Shown in pieces: positions 46,242 through 56,306 of a DNA stretch of 64,000 bases. Made by a program: the position numbers and the translations under genes. The notes beneath the pieces are model-generated. The model did not search any database. It was not told where the DNA came from and saw only the letters and a program-made list of their open reading frames with translations. The stretch lies in NCBI GenBank assembly GCA_017939795.1, contig JAGBAA010000102.1:1-64000 (forward strand). The letters run 5' to 3'. Source of the stretch: Thermoguttaceae bacterium (GTDB lineage: Bacteria > Planctomycetota > Planctomycetia > Pirellulales > Thermoguttaceae). How positions within the stretch are numbered: the first letter of the stretch is position 1; each line of letters begins with the position of its first letter.

Positions 46242-49200
46242 TCATGCGGTATCGCTGGATGAGGATGGACCGGAGGAACCGCGTTTGGTTCTCTTCGGGA
46301 TGGGGATCCGGAAAAAAATCGAGTAGAGGACCGGGACGATGAAAAGCGTCAGGAGCGTTGAAAAAATCAGTCCAAACATCATGGCGGTCGCCATTGCGTC
46401 GAACATGGGGTCGCGTAAAAGAGGGATCATGCCGACGATGACGGTCGCCGCCGCGACGGTGACGGGACGCATTCGTTCTACAGACGCATTCAGGACAGCC
46501 AGAAAAGCGGAGCCTCCTTTTCCGACTTCTTCGTCGATCTGATCCATGAGCACGACACCGTTTCGGACGATCATCCCCAAAAGCGACATGACGCCGAGCA
46601 GAGCCATGAATCCAAATGGTTTCTGCATGAGCAGGAGTCCTCCTGTGATCCCGATCATGGCGAGTGGGACCGTCAGGACGATGATCAGCGGCTGGCGCAG
46701 GTCATTGAAAAGGAAGACGACGACCAGAAGCATCAGGACGGCTGCGGTCGGAAGATTTGCGAGGACATCTCGAGCCGCTTCCTGGGATTCATGAAATTGA
46801 CCTCCCCATTCCATCGAGAAGCCTTCCGGGAGTACGATCGATTCCATCTGCGGCCGGATCTTTCGAAGAAGCTCCATCCAGGAGGTTCCGTAAGCATCGG
46901 CTCCGACGACGACGGCCGGCGATCCGTCGTATCGATAGATGGACGAGTCTTCCCAGAGGAATTCCATGCCGGAAATCAGATTTCCCAGGGGGATACTGCC
47001 GGGAAACGCTCCCCAAATGAGGGTTCCGGAAAGAGATTCGGTCTCATTTTGTTCCGAAATGGCGCCGCGAAGGAGAATGGGAAGATTCTGTTCCTTTTCG
47101 GCAAAGTTTCCGACTGGGATCCCCCGCGTCCGCGTCCGAAGCGAATTCTGGACCGTCAGACGAGACATTCCGGCATCCTGCCCCTTCATTTGCGAGTATT
47201 GGGGGACGAGCGTCAGCTGCTTTTCTCTCCAATTGTTTTGAACATCGAGTGCATTCGATGAATTGCGGAGGATCGCTTCGGCTTTCAGGGCAAGAAGCTG
47301 AAGTTTGGCGTGATCTGGTCCGCGAAATCGGATCTCGACTTCATTCGGAGTCGGAAGCCCCATGGCGTAACGCTGCACTCGGACCTGAGCCTGAGGAAAA
47401 TTCTCCTTCATCCAGAAACGGACTGGGGCGAGCAGGGAGTCAACGTCTTCCGCTTTCCGCACATTCACGACCATGTGCCCGTAGTTGGGGTGAGGAAATT
47501 CCGGCTGGTACGGAAGATAGAACCGCGGCGGTCCTGCTCCGATGAAAGAGGCTGCCGAGACGATATTTTCGGCCGTCTTCGATTCCTGTTTCAGGAGGAA
47601 GGATTCTGCTTTTTTCATTTCTTCTGAGACCGTTTCGATCGACGTACCGGCGGGAAATCGGAAATCGATCCAAAACTGGTTTCTTTGCGCCCTTGGAAAA
47701 AAATTCTGATCGATATTCCGGAATTCCCAGGCAGCGAGACCACAGGCAAAAACAGCAGAGAGAATGACGGCCGTCCTGTGCCGAAGGGTCCAGGCGAGTG
47801 CGTTTCGGTACACTTGGTAAACTGGACCGGAGTGCGGATCTTTGGCGGTTTTTTCAGGAGAGATCTTCACGAAAAGGGAGTAGACCAGTGGAGTCTGAAG
47901 CATGGCGACGAGCCAGCTGACCCCAAGAGAGACGGCCACGACCAGAAAGAGGGAGGCACAATATTCTCCAACGTTCGTCGGCGTGAGGTAGATCGGGAGA
48001 AAAGCAAGTGCTCCGACGATGGTGGCTCCCAGAAGCTGACGTGAGGCACGCTGTGCACCTTCAATGCAGGCCCGCCGGCGTTCCATACCGCGCTGCATCC
48101 GCACGATGATGAGGTCTCCCACCACGACGGCATCGTCGACGAGGATCCCCAGTGCGATAATGAAAGCACCGAGCGAGATGCGCTGAAAGACGATCCCGAG
48201 CGGTTCCAGAACGCACATCGTCGTGAGGATGACCAGAAGGAGACTGCTTGAGATGAGCAGCCCGCTGCGCCATCCCATGGAAAACATGACGACGAAAGTC
48301 ACGATGAGGACCGCTTCACGCAGATTTTTGAGAAAAAGCGCCACGGCTTTCTCCACATCGTCCGGCTGAAAACTGACTTCCTGGAGCGAATAGCCGGTCG
48401 GGAAGTGCGCCATTATGCGTGCTGCGCAGTCCTTCACTTCTCTGCCGAGCTGGACGACGTTTCCGTTGGCGCGTGGAGAGATCGCGATAGCGATGGCGTC
48501 TTTCCCGTTAAATCGAAAAAGGCGGGACGGCGGAACTTTCAGGACACGCTCCACGGAGGCAATGTCGCCCAGGCGATACTGAGAAACGGTTCCCGAGACG
48601 GAATTTCCGGCGGAACGGATCTTTTGCTGATGCAGAACCCCTTGAGGGATCCCGCCGGCATGGAAAAAGAGCGCAGAGAGCTGCGCGGGATGGTCCGGGA
48701 CGGTGCCGATGGGAGAGACTCCGGGATCGGTCAGATTTTGAAATTTTGTGAGTGCCGGATCTGCCGAAAGAACGAGGTCTTCGATCTCCCGGATAGTGGT
48801 GAATCTTCCGGATGGAGTGAAGCGGATCTCATTGCCGCCAAATTTCAGGCTCCCGGAATCCATCGTGAGATCCTGGCCGGCAAGTGCTCTCAAAAGAGAT
48901 GCCGGGGAAATGGAAAGACGGGCAAGACGTGCCTGCGAGATCCGGATCTCGATCTGTTCTTCTGGAATTCCCCAGAGTTCCACACGTCCGGCTTCGCGCA
49001 GTCGGCTAAATTCTCTCTGAAGTTCCCGTGCGCGCACAAGACGGTCTGCCGGCGGGAAACCGTCACCGGAAAGAGCCAGAACGATGCCGTAGACCTGGCC
49101 AAAATCGTCCTGAACGATGGGGGGAAGAGCTTCCGGCGGAAGTTCTCCTTGAAGATCTGAGAGTTTATTTCGCAGGTCGGTCCAGACTGCGGGCAGAGCG

Positions 49201-49502
49201 GAACTCGGAATATCCTGCTTCAGATCTGCGTAGATGAGAGAAAGTCCCGGTTCCGAATGGGAACGCAGATGTTCGATCTCCTGAAGTCGGCGGCACGCGC
49301 GCTCTACGTGTTCCGTCACGTTTCGTTCTATTTCCCGTGCGCTGGCTCCGGGACAGAAGGTCAGGACGACTCCAGTCTTGATGGTGAACTCGGGATCTTC
49401 AAGACGTCCAATCGTCCAGCCGCTGAAAAGTCCGGCAAGGCAGAGCGTCACCGCAAGAAATCCTACACTTAGCCGATGGTGAACTGCAAATTCTGGAAGC
49501 AT
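46242..49502 (-). CDS. RND-family efflux transporter permease (AcrB/HAE-type)
   Basis: 1086 aa, 12-TM RND architecture with two large periplasmic loops; typical N-terminal TM1 and conserved TM4/TM10 regions. Confidence 0.85.
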   Translation of the reverse strand: MLPEFAVHHRLSVGFLAVTLCLAGLFSGWTIGRLEDPEFTIKTGVVLTFCPGASAREIERNVTEHVERACRRLQEIEHLRSHSEPGLSLIYADLKQDIPSSALPAVWTDLRNKLSDLQGELPPEALPPIVQDDFGQVYGIVLALSGDGFPPADRLVRARELQREFSRLREAGRVELWGIPEEQIEIRISQARLARLSISPASLLRALAGQDLTMDSGSLKFGGNEIRFTPSGRFTTIREIEDLVLSADPALTKFQNLTDPGVSPIGTVPDHPAQLSALFFHAGGIPQGVLHQQKIRSAGNSVSGTVSQYRLGDIASVERVLKVPPSRLFRFNGKDAIAIAISPRANGNVVQLGREVKDCAARIMAHFPTGYSLQEVSFQPDDVEKAVALFLKNLREAVLIVTFVVMFSMGWRSGLLISSSLLLVILTTMCVLEPLGIVFQRISLGAFIIALGILVDDAVVVGDLIIVRMQRGMERRRACIEGAQRASRQLLGATIVGALAFLPIYLTPTNVGEYCASLFLVVAVSLGVSWLVAMLQTPLVYSLFVKISPEKTAKDPHSGPVYQVYRNALAWTLRHRTAVILSAVFACGLAAWEFRNIDQNFFPRAQRNQFWIDFRFPAGTSIETVSEEMKKAESFLLKQESKTAENIVSAASFIGAGPPRFYLPYQPEFPHPNYGHMVVNVRKAEDVDSLLAPVRFWMKENFPQAQVRVQRYAMGLPTPNEVEIRFRGPDHAKLQLLALKAEAILRNSSNALDVQNNWREKQLTLVPQYSQMKGQDAGMSRLTVQNSLRTRTRGIPVGNFAEKEQNLPILLRGAISEQNETESLSGTLIWGAFPGSIPLGNLISGMEFLWEDSSIYRYDGSPAVVVGADAYGTSWMELLRKIRPQMESIVLPEGFSMEWGGQFHESQEAARDVLANLPTAAVLMLLVVVFLFNDLRQPLIIVLTVPLAMIGITGGLLLMQKPFGFMALLGVMSLLGMIVRNGVVLMDQIDEEVGKGGSAFLAVLNASVERMRPVTVAAATVIVGMIPLLRDPMFDAMATAMMFGLIFSTLLTLFIVPVLYSIFFRIPIPKRTKRGSSGPSSSSDTA

Positions 49503-49529
49503 GCGGTCGGCACTCCTTTTTTTCTGCGG

Positions 49530-49580
49530 GAAATTTTGGGGGAAATTTTTGGGAAAATTTTTGGAAAACCTGGAAAGCTC
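49530..49580. repeat. Phased direct repeats GGGAAA(A)TTTT x4 (A/T tracts at ~11-bp period) in the MFP-RND intergenic region
   Basis: gggaaattttgggggaaatttttgggaaaatttttggaaaacc, directly upstream of the RND start (AAAGGAG RBS at ~49510). Confidence 0.6.
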
Positions 49581-49629
49581 AGGAGGCTTGGGAGACTGCG
49601 GAAAACTTTCGGAATCTGCAGTTTCGATC

Positions 49630-51132
49630 TCACTTCAAGATCGGGCGGACTCGCTGTCCTTCGCGGAGGAAAGGAGCACCAGAGGCGGCGATATGTTCCC
49701 CTTTCTGAAGGTCTCCCCTCACGATAACCCAGCCTGGATCGGCCAAACGCACGATTTGGACTCGGCAGGGAATTACCCGTTCTTCCGGAGAGATCCGCCA
49801 GAGGACAGTTTCGCGGTATTTTCCATCATATTCAACGGACGTTCGTGTCGACGTCTGGGGGCAAGGGCGCGTCTGGAACTGATGTGGGGAGCCAGACGGT
49901 GTTTGGAGTTTCTGTCTGACCGGGATAGTGTCCGCTGCACGTAAAGGCGGAGCACTCAGAGCAGAGAGTGGAACACGGAATTCCTGGCAGGACGGCTGGA
50001 GTTCCACCACGACCACTGCGGTCATTCCTGGGAAGATCTTTCGGTTTCTGAGGTCGGAGACCCGAACTTCCAGCGGGTAGCCGTGTGTACCGCTTTGCGG
50101 AGTCGGCGCAAGAAAAACCAGCTCCGCAGGAAATGAGAGATCCGGGTATGCTTCAAATTCGCATCGAAACGCAGAAATCTCCTCCTGGCGGATCCGAAGT
50201 GATTCGGGGACGAGTGCTCTGACGAGACGTTGAGAAGTGTCCGTGACGGCAAGAACGGGGACTCCGGGAGCGGAGACTTCACCGGATTCCATGAATTTTT
50301 GGGAAATGGTTCCCGAACATGGCGCGCGGAGGAGTGTGTCCGAAAGTGCGTCTTCCGACTGCTTCTTTTGCACCAATAGTCCGTTCTTTTTCGCTTCAAG
50401 ACTGCGGATCTCCTCATGTAGCCCAATCTTTGCATTTTCCAATTCCTTTTCGGCCGCGACTTTCCCCGCGAGAGCCTGCTCGTATTGTGTCTGCATCTCA
50501 TCAAACCGGATCTCCGGAATGGCTCCGTCCTGAGTAAGCTGGGCGAATTTTTCCAGATTTTTCTCTGCCGTCAAGAAAAGTATTTCTGCGGCGTCCCGTT
50601 TCTTTCGAAGTATTTCGACCGAACGGTCCCGATTCGCGATCCGGGCATTTAGACCGGCTTGAAGTTCCGCAAGATTTGCTTCGGCAGCTGCTTTGGCGTT
50701 CAGAAAATCCCGAGGATCCAGACTGGCCAGGACCTCTCCCTCACGCACCATTTGCCCGATCTCGGCATGAACTTCTTTGATTTTCCCCGGGATCCGAAAT
50801 GCCAGATGGATCGTCCGGTTTTCCCGTACGGAAGCGGGGAATTTTTGGATCTCCATGGAATTGGCGGACTCGACTCTGTACAGCGAGATGGCTGGGCAGC
50901 GAATATCCTGCGTGCTGCTGCTCTCCGGTTTTTTAACGGCCTGACTGGATGTTTTCGAAATTGCGGAGCCGAAAAATGGACTGGACGTTTTCGGGGTACA
51001 GGAAACCGAAATGAGCAAAATCAAAAGAATGAATGCGGAAAGGAACCGGGACCGCGGCGGAAGGGGACAGCGGTGCGGAACTCCGAGAAAAAGGAAAAAG
51101 GAAGCTCGGAAAAAGGAACAGGTACGGAACAT
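49630..51132 (-). CDS. RND efflux periplasmic adaptor (membrane fusion protein, HlyD/AcrA family), lipoprotein
   Basis: Lipobox ILLISVSC. Coiled-coil hairpin followed by beta-barrel/MP domain motifs (…LRAPCSGTISQKF…; …FPGMTAVVVVE…). The N-terminal extension before the signal suggests the true start may be later. Confidence 0.8.
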   Translation of the reverse strand: MFRTCSFFRASFFLFLGVPHRCPLPPRSRFLSAFILLILLISVSCTPKTSSPFFGSAISKTSSQAVKKPESSSTQDIRCPAISLYRVESANSMEIQKFPASVRENRTIHLAFRIPGKIKEVHAEIGQMVREGEVLASLDPRDFLNAKAAAEANLAELQAGLNARIANRDRSVEILRKKRDAAEILFLTAEKNLEKFAQLTQDGAIPEIRFDEMQTQYEQALAGKVAAEKELENAKIGLHEEIRSLEAKKNGLLVQKKQSEDALSDTLLRAPCSGTISQKFMESGEVSAPGVPVLAVTDTSQRLVRALVPESLRIRQEEISAFRCEFEAYPDLSFPAELVFLAPTPQSGTHGYPLEVRVSDLRNRKIFPGMTAVVVVELQPSCQEFRVPLSALSAPPLRAADTIPVRQKLQTPSGSPHQFQTRPCPQTSTRTSVEYDGKYRETVLWRISPEERVIPCRVQIVRLADPGWVIVRGDLQKGEHIAASGAPFLREGQRVRPILK

Positions 51133-51457
51133 TCAGGAACCTTTGAGTTTGGAAAATAGGAAATGAAGAAGACGGTGCGGCCGTTTCAAAATCAGCCGTT
51201 CATTTCATTATGCGGTAGTGTGCAATTCGGGCAGAACGGAGAATAGAAAATGCTGACGATGGTGCGGATCGGAAACGAAACGTGCTCGAGGGAGTGAAAA
51301 ATAGGACGCGGAACCGGAATCGATTGGAAGAGGCCGGAGAATGGAGCGAAGAACAGGCGGGAATCGTGCCGGAATGAAACAGGAACTGAGAAAACGAAAA
51401 GAAACGAAAAGAGTGCTCTGGATCTGCGGCACTCTTTTCATTCTGGAATCTGCTGGA

Positions 51458-53605
51458 CTATGGCGCAGGTTTGAATCCCTCCGCCTTAATGAACCACTGG
51501 CCGTTTCGCGGGAAACCGGGAGCTTCGCCTTTTTCCCGATCCACTTCCGGAGCACCGTCCCATCCGCCGGCCATCATGCCGATCGCGTAGAGCAGACCTC
51601 CGTTTCCGGGAAGGTATGGGCACGGATTGTTCGCGTTGACGCCGCGTAGGTCGTGAACGTTTCGCGGACTTTCATGCAGCAGAATGTCCACCGCGATCTC
51701 CGGTTCGCCCACTCGTGCTGCACACATGGCGGTCCACGGGAAATCCCAGCCCCAGACACGGTCCCAACGCCACGTTTCGTAGACTTTCCGAAGCGTACGG
51801 CGCGCGATTTCCGGATCGACTCCTTCCGTCGGCGGGATCATGCCGTAAACGCCGACCGGGTTGGGATGCTCCCAATTAAATTTCTCGTACGAGTTGATCC
51901 AGTCCGGAGAGTGGAGCCAGACGGTCTCGTTTTCCGGAAGGCCTGGATGTGTTGGAAGCGGAGCCAGATGGTCTGCGATCTCATCCCACTCGGCGACCCG
52001 TTCTTTTCCCATGCGTTCCCGCCACGTGTTCGCCAGACGCAGACCAAAACGCCAGTACGCCAAGTCGAAAACGGAGTCTTTCACGATTCCGGTCTCGCTC
52101 GGCGGCATGACCGGAGCCAGATGCCAGACCCCTTCCGCATCCTTTTCCGGATACGATGCCATGAATTTCGCGGTCTCGTCCAAAATCTCCGCCCACTTTT
52201 CGAGTGTCGCGGCCGTCGGACGGTTTCGGTACTCCAGCTCGGCGAAGATCATGGGGTGCGGCTGTTTCCAGAGCAGGACCTGATTTCCGTACCATGGGGC
52301 CGTCCGCCCTTCCGGTCCTGTGCACTTGGGCCACTGTGCGCCCGCGTATCCAAGCTGCGCCGCCAGTTTTCGCGCGACAGGGAGGTTTTTGCGGTAGCAG
52401 TCCAGCGCACGGTCGGAAAGTTCCTGACGGTCCCAGAGCGAGTAGTGCGCGAGATGCCAGTAGATCATTTCGCCATGGTACCGTCCGCGCCAATTGTCGG
52501 TCCCTAAAAGTCCCGCTTCCGGCGGTGGGTAACTTCCTGCGGAATTCGTGCGCATGAGGTACTGTGAGAGGACGATGCGGCGTTCAAGTTCCTTCCAGCG
52601 CGGATCTTTACTCTGCGAGAGATCCACTGCCGCGCCGGAACGCCAGTACGTTTCCCATTTTCGGGCCGTTTCCGCGCGAAGTGTTTCGAAGACCTGTTTT
52701 CGTGCCTCGATCTTAGGCCAGCCGTCGTGGAAGGCACAGAAAAACTCGCAGAGTTCCCCGTCCGTTGAAATCGTCAGCGCGTGGCTGTCCGGATCGATCT
52801 GGAAGGCCGAATTCTCGCCGCACTGGAGAGAAACGAGGTACTCGAAATCATCGACCTTGCGCAGGATCTGTGCGTTTCGGGTTGAATTTCCAGGAAGAAC
52901 ACGCGTCTCATGCCGTGAATTGGGGCCAAACTTGCCCGACCAGGCTTCCATTCGGATGGTGGGGTACGGAAACTCGACACTCACGAGCAGTTTGCCTTCC
53001 GTGAGCAGATTAGACTTCACGCGCGATGCGATCAGGTCAGCGTCCATCGAAACGAAAGTCTCGACGCGGACCGACTCGCCGTCCAGCTCGAATTCCGCAG
53101 TGTGCAGGCCGGTCCAGAGATCCATTTTACGTGAGATCGGACGGATCTCCTGCGGCATGACCGTTTTGCCGTCTGGCCGGATCAGACGAATGCGTGCGAG
53201 GTCGGCACGATGCGGATTGTCGCGGAGCCACTGCTGAAGTGCCTGTTTTTCAGGCGGAAAAGAGTGGTCGCCTTTGAAAGTATTGCGTCCTTGCTGGAGC
53301 GTCCCCGTTTCCGGAACATCTGCTTTGGTGAATCCCTCCGGAAGCGGAAATGAATGCCAGCCCCAGTGCGCCATCGTGTTTCCTCGCGTCGTCTGAAGGC
53401 CCGTGAAGTCCACATTGAAGCAGAATTCGCCGTTTCCGAGCGGGATCTCCAGATTCGGTTCAAGACTCTGAATGAAATGCCGACTCACGACGGCCTGCCG
53501 ATCGATCTTTTCCTGCGAAAAGACTGGTTGGGGGCTGGAATAGAGACCAAGCAAAATGGCCAGTACGATACAGGATCGGTACGTAAATGCGAATTTGAGG
53601 TTCAT
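51458..53605 (-). CDS. Secreted putative glycoside hydrolase (likely (alpha/alpha)6 six-hairpin fold; family not assignable by eye)
   Basis: Signal peptide MNLKFAFTYRSCIVLAILLGLYSS; ~715 aa with W/Y-rich helical repeats (…MIYWHLAHYSLWDRQ…). Confidence 0.5.
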   Translation of the reverse strand: MNLKFAFTYRSCIVLAILLGLYSSPQPVFSQEKIDRQAVVSRHFIQSLEPNLEIPLGNGEFCFNVDFTGLQTTRGNTMAHWGWHSFPLPEGFTKADVPETGTLQQGRNTFKGDHSFPPEKQALQQWLRDNPHRADLARIRLIRPDGKTVMPQEIRPISRKMDLWTGLHTAEFELDGESVRVETFVSMDADLIASRVKSNLLTEGKLLVSVEFPYPTIRMEAWSGKFGPNSRHETRVLPGNSTRNAQILRKVDDFEYLVSLQCGENSAFQIDPDSHALTISTDGELCEFFCAFHDGWPKIEARKQVFETLRAETARKWETYWRSGAAVDLSQSKDPRWKELERRIVLSQYLMRTNSAGSYPPPEAGLLGTDNWRGRYHGEMIYWHLAHYSLWDRQELSDRALDCYRKNLPVARKLAAQLGYAGAQWPKCTGPEGRTAPWYGNQVLLWKQPHPMIFAELEYRNRPTAATLEKWAEILDETAKFMASYPEKDAEGVWHLAPVMPPSETGIVKDSVFDLAYWRFGLRLANTWRERMGKERVAEWDEIADHLAPLPTHPGLPENETVWLHSPDWINSYEKFNWEHPNPVGVYGMIPPTEGVDPEIARRTLRKVYETWRWDRVWGWDFPWTAMCAARVGEPEIAVDILLHESPRNVHDLRGVNANNPCPYLPGNGGLLYAIGMMAGGWDGAPEVDREKGEAPGFPRNGQWFIKAEGFKPAP

Positions 53606-53762
53606 GAATTTCTCCATTTAGTTTTTAGGGAAGGGGATCCGTTTGGCAGGATCCGCTTTGCGAAAACCGAAACTCGGTACTGCGGAACGCACACGGAGTA
53701 CGGAATATGCGCAGGAACGGAATGTGTATGGCGGATTGTACTGAACTTTGAAAAAATGAATT

Positions 53763-56297
53763 TTACGGAATGCGGCGGAATTCGAGTTCCTGAAGCTGGA
53801 CGTCAAACTCCCGCGGAGCGAGCTTCAGGAGGACTGGTCCCCGGGGGAGTTCAAGTTCAACCGCTGGTGCACGCTGGTCCGGTGCGCGAAATTCAACCGT
53901 ACGCCAATTTGGTGAAGAGTCCAGTGCCCAGCAGGGGAAATGGACTCCTTCCGGTTTTTCGGGCGTCCAGTACGTGACTTGAAGGGAGTCGTGCTGAGGA
54001 TCCGGAGCCAGAACTTTCGCTGAGAGCCGGTACGTGCCGGGGGTCTGGACCCAGAGACGAAAAAAAGTCTCATTCTGGATCTCGATGCATTGGGAAACGG
54101 AGTTGCTCCCGACGGCGAAATCTTCAAAAAAAAGTCCCGCAGAAACCGGAAGCCGGAATTTTTCGCCTGCATTCAGAACGAGGATCGGAAGATCTTTGGG
54201 GAGTGCTTCCGGAATACTTTGTTCGTGGGTCCTTTTTTCGGAAACCTCCCAAATGTGCGCTATTTCGGAAATCCAGCGTCTTTGTGTTGCTGCATAGTCG
54301 GCAAACGGCGGATAAGATTTTTCCAAAAATCGCCGTCCGATCTCCGTACCATTGACCGTCAGGATCCCAGCGGGACCTTCCCAGCCGGTCGGTCTCTGGA
54401 AGAAATCGGATTCCAGTGCAGATCGCAGCGTCAAGGACCCGCTTTGCGGCAATGCGCACGATTCAGGCACGGACGGAGCTTTTGCTGCATTTTCTGAAAC
54501 GGAGTCCAGTGGATGGATCTCGGACTGGAAGACCAGTTCGATGGGATCCGGGATCTCTTTTTCAGTTTCCGGCGGGATCGTGTGCACGATACACCACGCG
54601 ACGGCGTTTCCGTCGGGAGACGGAAGCAGTTTCGGTGAAATGTGCCCTGCCGAAAGATGCGTAATTTTCAGCTCCAGTCGATTTTTCCCGTAGACCGCGT
54701 GCAGACAGTCTGGATCCTGGAAATAGACGGAATCCGGTTTTTTCAGGATGAAGGTGGAACGGATCTCCTGTCCGGGGGAGGTTTTTCGGAATTTTCGGAT
54801 CTCGTCAGAAGTGTAGACGGCGCGGCATTCTGCTCGCGGACCATCGAGCGAGGCACTCCAATCTGGATCCAGGTGAAGTGCTTTTTTGTGCCCCCCGTTA
54901 GTGATTTCCCGGTTTGTGCCCCATGGATCTCCGCGTCCGTCCGGCATGAAACTGCATCGGGGTGAGGTTTTGGCGTAGGGATCCGAGATGGAGTCTGCAT
55001 TTTCTTTGCCGGAACTCAGCCAATCCAGCGTCCAGAGCTGATCTTGATGGGAATTATATTTGGCCATGGAGACCCCAAGAATGAAGTCTTGCGTCCGGTA
55101 CGTTTTCTTCCATTCAGACTGCGGAAGTCCCCAGCGCTCGCAGATCGTGCAGTCCCGCATTTCCGCCGGCAAAAGGGCACGGAGCGTTTCGGGATCCGGG
55201 ACGTACTTTCCGTTGAGTGCCGTCAGGATCGAAATATTGGAGCGATCCTGCGGAAGCGGGATCCACCCCCAGACGCCGACGTGAAAGCGAAGGTAGTCGT
55301 CGCCGTAGAGGTATGCGTATGTTCGGCTGCACGCTCCGCCGAATCTGCCGTCCTGTGTGAAATGGAGGGCCGTCAGGAGGGCACAATAGTTGAGGAGAAG
55401 TTCCGCTTTTCCACGTACCTCCTCGCTTTGCGTCAGTTCCCGAAGCTGCTCAAGCGTCTCGAAGATCTCGTTAAAGTACGTGGGGGTCGCGAATTCATGG
55501 ATCCCGCTGCGCCAGGTCTGAAAAAGGAATCGGTTCATCCGCCGCATTCCTTCCATGTGGAGTTCCGCATCCTGGAACGCTTCGCCTAGCAGAAGCAGAT
55601 TCGCGAAATTCATGACCGAGATGTTCGTGTAGTCCGGTCTTGGTCTGCGACGGAGACATTCCGGTGCAGCATCTTTCAGGATCACGCGGATGATCTCCCG
55701 ACACTCTTCCGGCAGGACATTGCGATGCGCCCAGCAGAAAATGAGCCGCTTCACGACGAATTCAGCTGCATTGCGGTCCTCGACATTCTGCTGACGCCAG
55801 TACCAGCGGAAGTTGCCTTGAAATGGCGAGTCGGGTGAAAGATCCTGCATCGTACGGATCCACTGTGCGATTTCTGCCGACTTTTCCAAAGGGTAGATCC
55901 GCTCGGACGCATACTCGACCCGGAGATCCGGATTTTCGCGGAAAAACTGTTCGACACTCACCAGCGCGTAAAGGTAGTCGGCTGGTATCCGGACGCTGAA
56001 AATGTCCCATGGTCCATCCTTTTTCAGACGCCGGCAGTTTTTGTCGTAGTTTTTCAGAGCCTGCAGATAGTAGGATCGCTGGCGTTCCGGAGGCATTGGG
56101 ATCGGGGATGGAATGAGATCAAGAACGGGAGCCGGTGCGGGATCTGAAACGGAATCGGAAACAGAGCTGAAGCAGTTTCTTTCCGGGACGGCAGGAAATA
56201 TGCTGCCGAGGGCAAAAAGAAGCACGCTGAGACTCAAAAAAAGGTGGATGCCGGGAATGGGACCCCGGCAATTTGAAAATTTTCCAGACCGGCTCAT
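53763..56297 (-). CDS. Large secreted hypothetical protein, possibly polysaccharide lyase / heparinase II/III-like
   Basis: 844 aa, signal-anchor N-terminus, helical N-terminal half and beta-rich C-terminal half. Product is guessed from size and architecture only. Confidence 0.45.
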   Translation of the reverse strand: MSRSGKFSNCRGPIPGIHLFLSLSVLLFALGSIFPAVPERNCFSSVSDSVSDPAPAPVLDLIPSPIPMPPERQRSYYLQALKNYDKNCRRLKKDGPWDIFSVRIPADYLYALVSVEQFFRENPDLRVEYASERIYPLEKSAEIAQWIRTMQDLSPDSPFQGNFRWYWRQQNVEDRNAAEFVVKRLIFCWAHRNVLPEECREIIRVILKDAAPECLRRRPRPDYTNISVMNFANLLLLGEAFQDAELHMEGMRRMNRFLFQTWRSGIHEFATPTYFNEIFETLEQLRELTQSEEVRGKAELLLNYCALLTALHFTQDGRFGGACSRTYAYLYGDDYLRFHVGVWGWIPLPQDRSNISILTALNGKYVPDPETLRALLPAEMRDCTICERWGLPQSEWKKTYRTQDFILGVSMAKYNSHQDQLWTLDWLSSGKENADSISDPYAKTSPRCSFMPDGRGDPWGTNREITNGGHKKALHLDPDWSASLDGPRAECRAVYTSDEIRKFRKTSPGQEIRSTFILKKPDSVYFQDPDCLHAVYGKNRLELKITHLSAGHISPKLLPSPDGNAVAWCIVHTIPPETEKEIPDPIELVFQSEIHPLDSVSENAAKAPSVPESCALPQSGSLTLRSALESDFFQRPTGWEGPAGILTVNGTEIGRRFLEKSYPPFADYAATQRRWISEIAHIWEVSEKRTHEQSIPEALPKDLPILVLNAGEKFRLPVSAGLFFEDFAVGSNSVSQCIEIQNETFFRLWVQTPGTYRLSAKVLAPDPQHDSLQVTYWTPEKPEGVHFPCWALDSSPNWRTVEFRAPDQRAPAVELELPRGPVLLKLAPREFDVQLQELEFRRIP

Positions 56298-56306
56298 CGC
56301 GTTACC

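Noticed and set aside
48405-49160. 251-aa + strand ORF inside the RND permease gene
   Set aside because: Antisense shadow of a 12-TM RND transporter.
51441-51490. GGTTTGAATCC, a tRNA T-loop-like motif
   Set aside because: It lies inside the C-terminus of the 51458-53605 CDS (it encodes …EGFKPAP*). No acceptor or anticodon arms can be built around it.
51653-52507. 284-aa + strand ORF (and 52548-53237) antisense to the glycoside hydrolase-like gene
   Set aside because: R/P/V-rich shadows. The minus strand encodes a long secreted protein with a signal peptide.
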